Source of the DNA: Prasinococcaceae sp. CCMP 1430
Taxonomy: Eukaryota; Plantae; Prasinodermophyta
NCBI GenBank assembly: GCA_013416795.1
Contig: RQSC01000056.1
Span: 1 to 34,579 of the forward strand
DNA: 34,579 nt
Direction: 5' to 3'
Made by a program: the position numbers and the translations under genes. This document shows, one piece after another, positions 1-11,400 of the stretch. The notes under the pieces were generated by a model. That model saw only the letters and a program-made list of their open reading frames with translations, did no database searches and was not told where the DNA came from. The first letter of the stretch is position 1. Every line of letters begins with the position of its first letter.

Positions 1-330
1 GGGGGAACGGCGCGCGAGGCAGGGTGCGGGCGCTGCGGGGTGGGTGGGTGGGTGGGGGGCGGCGCCACACGCCGGGAGGCACGCGCGGCGCGCGTTGCGG
101 TGCGACCTCACCTCGCCTTCCACCTCCTTCCCTCGCTCCCCCCTCCCCGGCTCCCCCATCCCCGCCACACACAACGCACACACCTCCGTGTTTGTCGTGT
201 CTCTCTTTCGGTCTTTGTCTCTGGCGTTCGACCGCAGCCGCTGCCTCGCACTCTCGCTCTCGCTTTCGCTCCCCTCTGTGCGCGTGTGTCTGCTGTCGCC
301 GCTCGCTGCGGCGACGGCGCCCCCGGCCAG

Positions 331-422
331 ACGGCTCCCGCCACGCGCGCCGGCGTCGGGCGTGGTGGTCGTGTCCGGCGGGCAGACGGGCGCCGACCGC
401 GCGGCGCTGCTCGCCGCGGCCG
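331..422 (+). CDS. N-terminal part of a cpYpsA/SLOG (putative molybdenum carrier, PF12694-like) protein; probably preceded by an intron (~24-330) and exons outside the window
   Basis: Codons 362-421 read VVVVSGGQTGADRAALLAAA, the signature SGGQTGxDRAAL start of the family. Upstream there is a GTGCGG donor at 24, an intron-like G-rich then CA/CT-rich composition, and a CAG acceptor at 328-330. Confidence 0.75.
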
Positions 423-3400
423 AGGAGGCCGCCAGCGACCTCTGCGAGGGCGAGGCCTTCTGCGTGGCGGAGCCGGAGGTGTTCGCCGCGTGCTATGCGA
501 TCGTCGGTCGCTTCGATGAGCTCGAGCCGCACTCCAAGGCGCGCGTGCTCGACGCGCTCTCGTCGAACCTCGCCGTCCTCAACGCGGGCGCGGCGACCAC
601 GCTCGCCTCGAGCACGTCGCACATGGACGAGGACGTCGCGGCGCACCGCTGCGCGCTCAAGTGCTACGTCTTCCTCCTCCACCACCTCGCCGCCGAGCAG
701 TGGGCGACCGTCGGCGCGGCCGCCGCCGCCGCCGCGGCCGTCGCCGCGCCGAGGGGCGCCAAGAAGGCCAAGAAGAAGGCCGCCACCGGCGAGTGGGAGT
801 GGGAGGCGCAGTGCGACAAGGTGCTGCGCCCGCTCGCGGGCGCGGTGGACCTCAATTTCGACCGCATGTTCGCGGCGGGGCAGATCGAGGACGCCTTCGT
901 GATGCTCTTCACCAAGACGGCCGTCGCAGCGCTTGAGCAGCCCGCGGTGGCGCGCCTCGCGGCGTGCCGCGCCGCCTCGCAGCACGTGCTCGCCAGCGCC
1001 GCGGTGCGCCTGGGACAGCGCGACGGCGTCGTCAACGCGCTCATGCAGACGCTGCACCGCCACGAGCACATGCCCCCCATCGTCGCAGGCATCTGCGCGC
1101 ACGGCGCCGCGGCGCTGGGAGACACGGGGCTCGCCCTCGAGGCGCTGCAGGAGGTGAGCACCACCCCGCAGACCGACTTCGTCCGCGACGCCGCCGCGGC
1201 CAAGCACGTCGGCCTCTTCCTCACCGAGCTCGCAGACACCATGCCCAAGCTCGTGGGCACCAACCTCGCGCTGCTGCTTCCGCACTTCGGCTGCGAGGCG
1301 TACGGGCTCCGCTCCGGCCTCGTGCAGATGGTGGGCCAGCTCGTGATCCACATCCAGGTCATCTTCGGCGACGGCGCGTCGGCCAAGCAGGAGGAGGTGC
1401 GCGTCAAGTCCAAGCAGGCGCTCCTCGACCTCCTGATCGACCGCGCGCGCGACTCCAACGCCTTCGCGCGCGCGCAGTGCCTCCGCACCTGGGCGATGCT
1501 CTGCGAGGCGGAGGCGCTCCCCATCGGCCACTGGCAGCTTGTCACCGAGATGGCGATCGGCCGGGTGAGCGACAAGGCGTCGGTGGTGCGCCGCGCCGCC
1601 ATGCAGCTGGTCGGCACGCTCCTCACCTACAACCCGTTCGGGCCTTCGCTCCCAGTCGAGAGCCTGGAGGGCTCGCTCCAGTCGTACGCGGAGCGCCTCG
1701 AAGCCGAGGAGGCCAAGATCGCCGAGACCACGCCGGACGAGGACGACGCCGACGAGGCCGTGCGTGGCCTGCACGAGGCCATCGAGGAGGCCAAGTCCAG
1801 CGACGACGAGGAAGAGGCGCAGGTGGGTGGCAAAGGCGCCGACCAGCTGGCGGCGATGCGCGCGCTCGTGGCGTCGCTCCGCACCGCCGTGAGCTTCGCC
1901 ACCTCGCTGCGCGACGCGCTGCCGGCGGTGGTGGGCATTCTGCGCACCGGCACCACCCTCGACCAGGTCGAGGCCGTCAGCACGCTCATCCTCATGCAAC
2001 AGTTCACCGTCGATGGCTCTGACGTCTCGGTGAAGGAAGCACTTCCGCTCATCTTCTCGCGCGAGCCCTCGGTGCGAGACGCGGTCATGGACGCAGCGAC
2101 CACGCTCTACGTGCCGCAGGGCCTGGACTCGCAGGCCGCCGTGCTTCTGTCGAAGTTCGTTGCGACCGCCACCCTCGGTGAGCTCGCCTCGATGGAAGAG
2201 ATCCTGGCGCAGATGATCCGCACCGAGCGCTTCCCCGAGAGGATCGCGTCCTCGCTCTGGGACATGGTGCGGTCCACGCAGCTCTCTGCCTCTGAGCGAT
2301 CCGCCGCCCTTGGCGTCATCGGCATGATCGCGGGCGAGATGCCCGAGACTGTGAACATCGACCTGGTCGTCGAGGTTGCACTCGGGCCCCTCGCGCGGAA
2401 GGACGCCCTTCTGGCGCGCCGCGGCGCGCTGGTGCTCGAGCGCGCTGCCGCCGGCGACGCCGCGAGCGGCCTTGCCGCCGACCACGCCGCCTTCGGCGCT
2501 CTCTCCGCCATCATAGCCGGGGAGCCCGCCGCGCACCTGAGCGATGCGGCGTGGTACCCGGCCTGTGAGCAGTCCCTCGCGGCCGTGTACGCGCTCCACC
2601 AGTCGCCCGAAACGCTCATCGCTGGCCTGATCACGACCATGGCCGCGGACGTCTTCGGTGAGGACGGTGCGTCGCTGGCGTCGGTGTCGACGCGCGCGCT
2701 CGCGCGCTTCCTTTTCGTGCTCGCCCACGGCGGCCTCCGCCATCTGGTGTTCGTGGAGGACACCGCCAAGGTGGTCCGGCGCGAGATGCTGGCGCGGGAA
2801 AAGGCCGAGGAGGAGCTGGCCGAGAAAGAGGGGCGTAAGCTGCCGTCCAAAGCAGAGACCGGCGCGCCTACGGTCGACGCCATCATCGACCAAGTTCGCG
2901 AGGGCATCGACTCCGAAATGATGGCGGCCACGCCTGGCCAGGTCAACCTCATGGGCATGTTCGCGCCGTTGGTGGTGCATGTGGTGACCACGCCCGCGCT
3001 CATGGCGGCGGATCCATCGCTGCGCTCCTCAGCCATGCTCTGCCTGGCCAAGATGATGGCCATCGACGGCGACTTCTGCGAGGCGCACATGGCCACCTTG
3101 TGCAACACCATGCAGAACTCTAAGGAGGAGAGCGTGCGTTCCAACTGCATCGTGGCCATCGGTGACCTTGCGATGCGCTTCCCGAACGTGCTCGAGCCGT
3201 GGACCTCGCGGGTGTACGCGTGCCTGCGCGACCCCACGCTCGCGGTGCGCAAGAACGCCCTGCTGGTCCTCACGCACCTCATCCTCAACGACATGATGAA
3301 GGTCAAGGGCCTCATCTCCGACATGGCTGAGCGCCTGGAGGACGAGTCGCCGCGCGTGGTTGGCCTCGCGCGCCTCTTCTTCTCCGAGCTCGCCGCCAAG

Positions 3401-3739
3401 TCGAACTCGCCCGTGTACAACCTCATGCCGGACATGATCAGCCGCCTGAGTACCAACGATCAGCTGAGCGACGATGCCTTCCGCCGCATCATGAAGTTCC
3501 TGGTTGCGTTCCTAGACAAGGACCGCCACGCCGAGGGGCTCAGCGATAAGCTCTGCTCGCGTTTCGCCAATGCGCGCGAGCCGCGCGTGTGGCGCAACCT
3601 GGCCTACGTGCTCAGCCAGCTCGCCCTCACCGAGAAGGCTGTCAAGCGCATGGCCGACCAGTTCAAGAACTACGCCGAGGCGCTGCTCGACCCGGAGGTG
3701 GCCGAGCTTTTCAAGGCGGCGCTCGGCAGGGCGCGCCGC
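423..3739 (+). CDS. CAP-D2: Condensin I subunit CAP-D2 (Cnd1/NCAPD2), intronless segment lacking both termini
   Basis: HEAT-repeat protein with DLCEGEAFCVAEPEVF near the start, GRVSDKASVVRRAAMQLVGTLLTYNPF, and the Cnd1 block RSNCIVAIGDLAMRFPNVLEPWTSRVYACLRDPTLAVRKNALLVLTHLILNDMMKVKG. It has no own ATG and ends at the single N at 3740. Confidence 0.93.
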
Positions 3740-3748
3740 NCGCGGCCG

Positions 3749-4209
3749 CGGCTGGCGCCGCGCGCGCGGGCTGGTGCCCGAGGCGCTTCTGGGCGGAGGA
3801 CGGCGCCGTGCCCGAGCGCCACAGGGGCGCGCTCGAGCCGACGCGCGAGGACGGCACTGCCGAACGCACGCGCCGTAACGTCGAGCAGAGCGACGCCACG
3901 CTCTTCGTGAGCCTCTCGGAGGCGCTCGCTGGAGGGTCGGCGCTCGCCCAGGAGCACGCGCGCGAGCACGGGCGGCCCACGCTCCACGCGGCGCGGGCGG
4001 CCTTCGGCGGTGACGCGGGGAGCGCGGCACTCGCCGCGGCTGAGTGGGCAATCGGCGTCGCTTCGAAGGAGCGCGGGCTGCTCGTGTCTCTTGCGCTCAA
4101 CATCGCTGGGCCGAGGGAGAGCGAGGAGCCGGGGGTGTACCGCTGGGCGCGAGATGTCATTGACGCAATCCTCCCGCGCCTCCTCGCCGCGCAGCGAGAG
4201 CGCGCGTAG
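3749..4209 (+). CDS. C-terminal part of the cpYpsA/SLOG (putative molybdenum carrier) protein
   Basis: Contains AGWCPRRFWAEDG, ERTRRNVEQSDATL, GGSALAQEHAREHGRP and LNIAGPRESEEPGVY, the conserved motifs of the family in order. Stop TAG at 4207-4209. Confidence 0.85.
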
Positions 4210-4819
4210 GCGACCACGGTGGTTGAGGGCGTCGGCGGTGGCGCTGCTGGCGGGCGCCGTGTGTGCGATTTGCACGCTGCCGGTGAGCGCTAGGGATGCC
4301 ACCGTCAAGCCGCGTGCGCTGCTGCGCCCGCCCGCGGGGCTGGGGGGGCGCGCGCATGCCGCAGAGGAGAGCGCAGAGCCGGCCACCGACAACACCTACT
4401 GCGACGCGTGCGAGTACATCATTGACGAAATCGCCGCCGACGGCTGCAGCTTGGCTTGCGAAGGCATGCCGCCGCCCGCGGACGCAGTCTGCGCCTGGAT
4501 GGTGAAGTCGACTGGCCTGTGCGCGTGGGTGGTGCAAGAGCTTAGCGGCGGCGTGAATGCCACCACCGTGTGCGCGGCCGCAGGACTGTGCGGCGGCCCA
4601 TGCGAGTGCGGCGTATGCACGCCGCGCGCGGCGTCGGCCTCGGCAGGGCGTTGCCTCGGGCTGCCGTACAGCTGCGGCCACGCTGCGCACGCTCTGCACT
4701 CGAGCGACAGCGCTGGCACGAGGGGGAGCGGCGCACGGGACGGACTGACGTTCTGTGCCGGCGACGCCTGCGACGGAACGAATGAGGCCGACTACGGGTG
4801 CTGCCTCACATGCCTGTAA
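4154..4819 (+). CDS. Secreted cysteine-rich saposin-like (SapB/countin-like) protein, 221 aa
   Basis: ATG at 4154, then a basic stretch and hydrophobic signal peptide (RWLRASAVALLAGAVCAICTLPVSA). Saposin-type spacing YCDACEYIIDEI...GCSLAC...AVC...LC...TVCAAAGLC and a further Cys-rich tail; 18 Cys after the signal peptide. Confidence 0.6.
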   Translation: MSLTQSSRASSPRSESARRRPRWLRASAVALLAGAVCAICTLPVSARDATVKPRALLRPPAGLGGRAHAAEESAEPATDNTYCDACEYIIDEIAADGCSLACEGMPPPADAVCAWMVKSTGLCAWVVQELSGGVNATTVCAAAGLCGGPCECGVCTPRAASASAGRCLGLPYSCGHAAHALHSSDSAGTRGSGARDGLTFCAGDACDGTNEADYGCCLTCL

Positions 4820-4889
4820 AACTGTCATTATCACCACGCGTTTTACAGCACTTGTCGTCCGCCGCTACCATGCAAGGAAGCCCAGCCAG

Positions 4890-6424
4890 TCATCTTTGGA
4901 GCTTCGAGCCGTCGATGAAGACGGACCAGGTCGCGAAGAGCGACAGCACGCATCCCATCACGCACACGAACGTCATCGTGAACTTCTGTAGTCGAGTCAG
5001 CGGCAAAAGCGCGAGCCCGTCCGCCCCGTCAACCCCAGCGCCGTGCTCCGGATTGCCTGCAAGCAAGGGCGTCTCCACTGAATTCGCTCGCTCGGCGCCC
5101 TCCGCGTCCATCCCCTCCCCGCCCTCCACCCGTCTGCTACGTGCCCTGTGCGTCTCCCAGAACATCCACACTGGCAAAATGTAACAGACGAGACACACGC
5201 CTGAGTCCGTCACGTGACATGCGCGCGGTTAGCGCCAGGACGGCGCAGCGCACACACTATTTCTATTCCACGAGCAACAGGGCGCGCGCCGCGAGATGCG
5301 CGCAAGATGCGCGGGCGGCATCCACACGCACCAGTAGCCCCCGTGAACGCGAACACAATTTCTCCCGCCGAGCTCGGCAGGACCCACGCGACGACCGCCG
5401 AGCCGACAACAAGCGTGGAGGTCACGCCGACATTGCGCGCCGCATGCCATCGGACCACTTCGGTGCTGAGCCCATCGGCCGGCCAGAAGATCTGCTCGAT
5501 GCTCTCACGAAGCGGGAGCAATGCCATTGGGAAGCCGAGCGCGAGGTACGCCGTCGTCGCCACCATCAGCCCGACGACCGACGACTTGTGCGCGTGACCG
5601 GCACCCTCGTCCACGCCCGCCAGGTTGTCCAGTATGTCCCGCTCGGTGCTGTCGCCGTACGTGCCGAAACCGAAGGTGCCCACGAAGAGGTACAGCACGA
5701 CCGCGAAACAGACAGTCGCACGCGCAGCCGACGTGGCTGTCACGATGCCGGCCTTGCCGGGCGCCATGTCCGCCAGTGTTGGCATGAGCTGAGGGTGCAA
5801 ATACATCGCGTACCCCAACACGCCCACCGCGCTCGGTGTGCGCGGGCCGATTGCCACCCATGGCTCGGCCGCGCGTCCGCTACCGCCGCGCAGCGCGGGC
5901 AGCCCGCGCACCGCGCCGACCACGACCACAGTCGTCGCGAGCACGAACAGGATGGCCACGCCCGCGCTCGACGCGCGCTCGAGCTGGCCTAGCCGCCTGG
6001 GCAGCGAGGCCGCCAGTAGCGCAGGTGTCACCCCGAGAATCACCCACTTCGGGTCGACGTGCCCGAGACCCGCCAGCACGACGGCGTGGTTGAGCACTTC
6101 GACGAGGATGATGATGTTTCCAAAGAGCGAGCCCAGCAGCAGCGTGACCAGGCCCGCGCGCGCCAACGACCTCCCGCGCGAGCCAATTGAGACGCCAGCG
6201 AGCGCCTCATACGTCAACCCCTCGCGCGGCAGCGCCGCCTCCGGCGTCGCTGCTACGGCGCGAAGCATGAGCTCGCACGTGTACACGTTCGCGAGCGCGA
6301 CCGACAACGCGAGTGCCGAGCCCAGACCGACGCCGGTGCACCTGAACGCGTACGGCACGGGCAGCACCGCGCTCCCGACGATGCTCAGCGCCAGTGTGGC
6401 AAACGCCCCCCTGAACTGCAGCAT
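4890..6424 (-). CDS. Amino acid transporter, Aa_trans/AAAP (SLC38/AVT-like); join(6424..5332, 5200..4890), 467 aa; the start may lie further upstream
   Basis: Motifs SIVGSAVLPVPYAF, YAMYLHPQLMP, FGTYGDSTERDILDN and many hydrophobic helices. A GTGCGT..CAG intron at 5331-5201 restores AFTGATG-VCLVCYILP in frame. Confidence 0.85.
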
Positions 6425-6725
6425 TGCGACCGCCCACCTCCGGTGTCCTGCACGCCGAGTAGACAGCGCCACTCCACTAAATACGACCCAGCCTCCGCCC
6501 TACACCCACCCTCACAGCGCGCGCCGCAACGCGCGCGCCCTCTAGCGCACCCAACAACGCCACCAGCGTGCGCGCGCTCTTTGAGCGCTCTGCCGGTGCC
6601 ACACCACAGACGCGGCGGGGCACGCCCCCTGCCCCCCCCCCACCTCCCCCCTTGCGGGTATTGCCCGCGCCGGGGCGTGTCCATCGCGCTGCGGAGGTGC
6701 CCGCGCGTCGCGGCGGGTGTCATCG

Positions 6726-8371
6726 ATGCTGCAGGCGCGGGGGCGCTGCGGCGTGGGGCCGCGCGGCGTGCCGTGCGCGCTGCCGACCCGCTCAAGCCGC
6801 CGCGCGGTTGCACGGTGCTCTGCGGCTTCCTCGGCGCATGAGGACGTCGCCGGGTTGCTGCGCGCCGTCGGCGAGAAGCGCAGCGCAAAGCCCGCGAGAG
6901 AGTCCGCCGCGGCGCTGTTGGCGGCGCTCGACAGGCGAGCGAGCACCTCGCCGACGGCGCGCGCTGCTGAGGTGGCCAGGCTCGTGCTCGATGCCGAGGC
7001 GGGGTCGGACGATCGCGGGGGCGCAGCATTTGGTGGTCGTGAAGGAGCCGAGCGTGCGCGGTGCCTCACTGCGGCGGTCTTTCTCTGTGGGCGAGGTGCG
7101 GCGCCGCTGCTGTGCTGCGCGCGCGCGGCCGCACGGTCGGTGAGCGCCCGCTCCGTGCTGTGTGCGCGACATGCCGCTCTGTCTCGCCAGCGGCGGCTGG
7201 GCGTGGCTGCGAGCTCGGCTGCGAGCTCGACTCACGCGTCCCCACTGCAGGGAAGACTGACCATTTTGCCGCTGCTCTTCTGCCGGCAGCTGGCGAGTGG
7301 CAAACCGCCGCGGCCATTTGCGAGGAGGGGTTTTCCGCGGCGGGCATCGCGCCTGGGGCGTTCCCCTTCGCCCTGGCCGCGGCCGGTGCGTGGGGCGCAG
7401 CCGCGCCGATCTCGGCTGTGGATGCACTGCTCGGCAACGCAGAGGCCGACAGCAAGGGCGCAGCCCGGAAGGCGCGGCGTGCGAAGTCGCGCAAGGGCGG
7501 CACGAGGGGCGGGATTGCTGCGAGGCAGGCAAAGGCCGCGTCGCCAGCGCAGCCTCGGGGCATCGCGGAGAAGCCAGACGTGCTGTATGAGGACGAGCAC
7601 ATGTCGGTGCTCTGCAAGCCGGCGAACATGCTCACGCACCCTGTCGCGGGTGGAGGTGGCGGTGACAAGCGCACGCTCGCCGACTGCGCGCTGTCGCTCC
7701 TGGGCGAGAAGCGTACCAGTGCGTTGTTCGGGCCGACAGCGCGCGGGGTCGCCCACCGGCTGGATCGCGGCACCAGCGGATGCGTCGCGGTCGCAAGGCA
7801 CAGCCTGGCGCATGCGAGGCTGGCCTATTTGTTCTTCGAGCCGGGGGTCGTCAACAAGGAATACGTTGCGCTCCTGCAGCTGAATGACGGCGCGGCGGTG
7901 CTGTCGGCCCCAGGGACTGGAGAGCTCGCCACGCCAGTGGATCGGCTGCCCGCGCGCACGCGATACGAGCTCGTGGCCACACAGACGGGCGCGAGGGGTG
8001 GCGCAGGTGTGGCGATGCTGCGCGCGTGGCCCGCGACAGGGCGACGGCATCAAATACGAGTACACGCCGTTGAGGGTCTCGGCGCGGCTGTCATTGGCGA
8101 CGAAATCCACGGGCCCGGCCCGTCAGCGCTGCCACTGGCGGTGCGCGAGGTGCTGGCGCCGCACAAGCAAGGTGCAGTGCACTTGCTGCACGCTCGCCGG
8201 CTACAGCTCCCGCACCCGCTGGTGCCACGTGACGACGAGGTGTGCTGCGCAGACTACGACTGCAGCTCGACCCTCCCGGCCATGGTTGACGTCGAGGCAC
8301 CGTTTCCGAGACACTTTGCTGAAATTGCTAGGAACACCGGCCTTACGCTCTGCGGTCAAACTATGCCATAA
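6726..8371 (+). CDS. RluA-family pseudouridine synthase with an organelle transit peptide; join(6726..7095, 7290..8371), 483 aa
   Basis: VLYEDEHMSVLCKPANMLTHP, catalytic HRLDRGTSG, KEYVAL, PATGRRHQIRVH, VIGDEIHG and HLLHARRL. Arg/Ser/Ala-rich N-terminus. The intron has a GTGCGG donor (7096), CTGAC branch (~7258) and CAG acceptor (7289), and is phase-compatible. Confidence 0.88.
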
Positions 8372-8416
8372 TTACACGATTGCGACAGCACCACTACCCG
8401 TGCGATGACAGCGCCC

Positions 8417-11400
8417 TCAATACCTCAGCTTGCGAGCAACGGTTGCAGGCGTGGACGGGAGTCGAGACGCCTGCAGCGCTGCGACCTCGCTGAGTCGCGC
8501 TTCGAGCGCCGTCTCCCACGTTTCAGCGCGCTGCTGGTGCGCCTCGAGGGCCTGCACGAATGGCAGAAAGTCGCCGTCCTCCCTCACGCCCAGCGAGCGT
8601 GCGCCCAGAGCGCTGGCGGCAGCACGCAGCTCCTCCAGCTGCGAGCCGAGCAAGGCAGCGGCGGAGGCCGCGCCAGCGATCGCAACCGCGTCCGCGCCCA
8701 ATCCACCCAGCTTCCCGAGCAGCGCCTTCAGTCTGTTGAGCCGCTCTTCGCCCGTGCGAACCTGCTGCGCGATGCTCTGTGTCATTGTCGAAAGTGTTTG
8801 CTGTAGGTCAAGTGGCAAGGTGCTTCCTCGGCCAGATGTTTTAGCCCCCTGCGCGCTTGTGCCCGGCGCGGGCAAAGCGGGTGCAATGGGGGCCGAGCCA
8901 CGGTCTGCCACCAGCGCGTCGACCACGCCACGCGCTGCGCGCACCTCCGCATTCGCCTCGCGGCGGAGCGCAGCGATCTCATTGAGCTCAGTTGAGCGCA
9001 ACTCGACCTCGGCCGCCCTGTGCCTGCTCGCAGCGAGCAGGGTTTCGAGCTGCGCGCACTGGAGTTGGAGGCCACTAATCTTCGCGGCGTTCTCCTCCTT
9101 GACGCGCGCGACCGCATCGCTACTCAGCGCCGTCTGTTGGCGAAGCGCGTCGTTGTCTGCGCTGAGCTCGTTCACCGCTGAAGTCAGGTCGCGCACGCGC
9201 TCAATGGCAGTCTCGAACTTGCCCAGGAGCTCGCGCTCCCTCAGCGTGACCTCTTGGAGCTCCTTTGCCGCAGCTGCCTTGGCCTGGTCGAGCTCCTCTC
9301 TCGCAGCCCTTTGGCGCGTACCGTCAGCTTCCTTCCGCTTGAAATCGGCGCGTTCAGCCTCCAACGCCTTCTCCTGGAGCTCCTTGACATGCTCAGCCTT
9401 CACCTTTTCGAGATCCACCTGATGTGCACTTCTAAGAGCTGCCTCTGCATCCTTATGCCCTGCCACCGCGCGCTCCGCCTCCTCCGCCCGAAGCTGGGCC
9501 CGTGAGAGGTCGGCCTTGAGCGTGTCGATTGTGCGCCTGAACTGCTCCTGCAAGCGCTCCTCCTTGCCGCCCCACTCCGAGACAAGCCTCGCTTGCAGAC
9601 CCTCCACCTGGCTCCGACGGTGCTCCACTGCGCTCTCCGCGGAGCCGAGGCTCTTTTCACGACGCGTGGCTGCATCGTCTCGAACCTTAAGCGAAGAGAT
9701 TTGCTCTTCAACAACGCGCTTCTCCCGATTTAGCGAGTCCCTGAGCGCCTCCACCTCCTTGCGACTGCTCTCAAGACTCGCCTTCTCCGCCTGCATATGC
9801 GCGTCGAGCTTCGCCGCAGCGGCTGTCTCTGCACTCAACTTTGCGGCGAGAGCATCACACTCACGCCTGTCTTCAAGGAGCTGCTGCTGCTCGCGGCGCA
9901 GTTCCCCTTGGTTGCTCTCTACCTTTTGTGCGCTTTGCAGCAGCTGCTCCTGCGCGTGGCGTTCGCTGGACTCGGCCTCCGCCAGCAACCTCTCAGCTCG
10001 TTCCTTCGTTTCCTCGACGAAGTTGAGCCTGCGCGTCTCATCCGCCTCGAAGCTGGCCACACGCCCTTCGTGCTCACGAATCTTGCGCTGCAGTTCCAGC
10101 AGCGCGCGCTCCGACTTTTCCTTGCGCGCGCGCATTTCCTTGTCAAGCGCCATAAGCGACGCTTCCTTGCTTTCGGCCGCCGCAACCAACTTTGAGAGAC
10201 GATCCTGCTCCTTCGCAACGATCGCCCTGTCCGCATCGAGGAGCTTCTGCGCCTGCTCAGTCTCTCGGTTGGCCGCAGAGAGCTCGTCAGCCTTGGTAGC
10301 ACACTCGCGACGGAAGACAGCGATGTCCCGGTCGAGCTCCTTCCTGGCCTTGCTGACGTGCTCACGCGCCGGGTCGATCTCCGCGAGCATCTTTGCAGCA
10401 CGCGTCTCAGCCTCCTTTGCGTCGGCGGCATCTTTCAAGGCACGTTCGTGCAAGGCGGCGGTCTCGCCCCTCAGCGCGGCCAGCGACTCCTTCTCAGCAG
10501 TGAGCTCCTTCTCAAGCCTCCCAACCCGCTCGGTACCCTCTGCATGGCGTCTCTCCTTGGTAGCTGCCGCTTCCTCGCGAGTAGCAACCTCGGCTTCGCG
10601 AGATTCTAGCCGCCTCACGGCATCTTTGTGCGACGTCCTGGCTTGGGCAAGCTCAGATGCCTCGGCCAAATGCGACTCACGCGCCTGGCTGAGACCCTGC
10701 ATCTGCGCGTGAAGGCTCTCCTCGCGCACGCGCAGCTCGCTGGCGAGCTCCGCCAAGCGCTTGTCCTCTTCCGTCCACGCCTCCTTGTCCAGCGCCAATT
10801 GGCGCTCGGCCTCACTCACGCGTAGCTCTGTCGCACGCACTTCCTTCTCCCGCGCACGCAAGTCCCGCAAGTCTGACTCGAGCTTTTCGGCTTGCAGTGC
10901 GTGCTCACCCCTCGCCTTTGCAAGCGCGCTGGCGTCTAGCGCCAGAGCCCCCGCCTTCCTGTCAAGCTCTTCGCGCGCGACCTCAGTGTGCGCCACCCGC
11001 TTTTCACGACGCGAGAGCTCGTCTTCGCGGAGCTTGAGTGCCTCTGTGGCTTGCTTCCTAGCCTCGTTGGCAGCAGTGTGTTCAGTGCGCGTGAGCTCAG
11101 CCTGCTCCTCGTACCTCGCCCTGTCTAGCTCGAGCTCCTGCACGAGCTTGGCGCTGCGTTCCTCGGCCTCCCGGACCGCCCTCTCGCGCCTCGCCAGCTC
11201 CTCCTCTCGCTTCGCAAAACGTTCCGCGGATAGCCTAGTTTCAGTCTGAGTCGCCTCGGCCGATTCCAGCTTCGCGTGTAGCGATGCCTCAGCGAGCTCA
11301 AGGGCATGCCTCCGATCGTTGAAGTCTTTCTCAGCGCGCGCGCGGTCGGCCGCAAAGGCCTCCCTGGCGCTCGCGAGCTCCTCGCGCTCTGCCGCCATGG

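Noticed and set aside
44-3910. 1288-aa ORF as a full-length CAP-D2
   Set aside because: The first ~100 codons are intron-like, the SGGQTG part belongs to another family, and the end runs through an N into a different frame.
4890-5213. Separate small membrane-protein gene
   Set aside because: It is the last exon of the amino acid transporter (phase-compatible intron 5201-5331).
7205-7228. 12-bp tandem duplication GGCTGCGAGCTC x2
   Set aside because: It lies inside the predicted RluA intron, with no evident significance.
5057-9555. CTGCAAGC copies (5057, 9548) as left junctions matching the sequence after the N at 16564
   Set aside because: Both lie inside uninterrupted ORFs, and the upstream frames do not give JmjC sequence.
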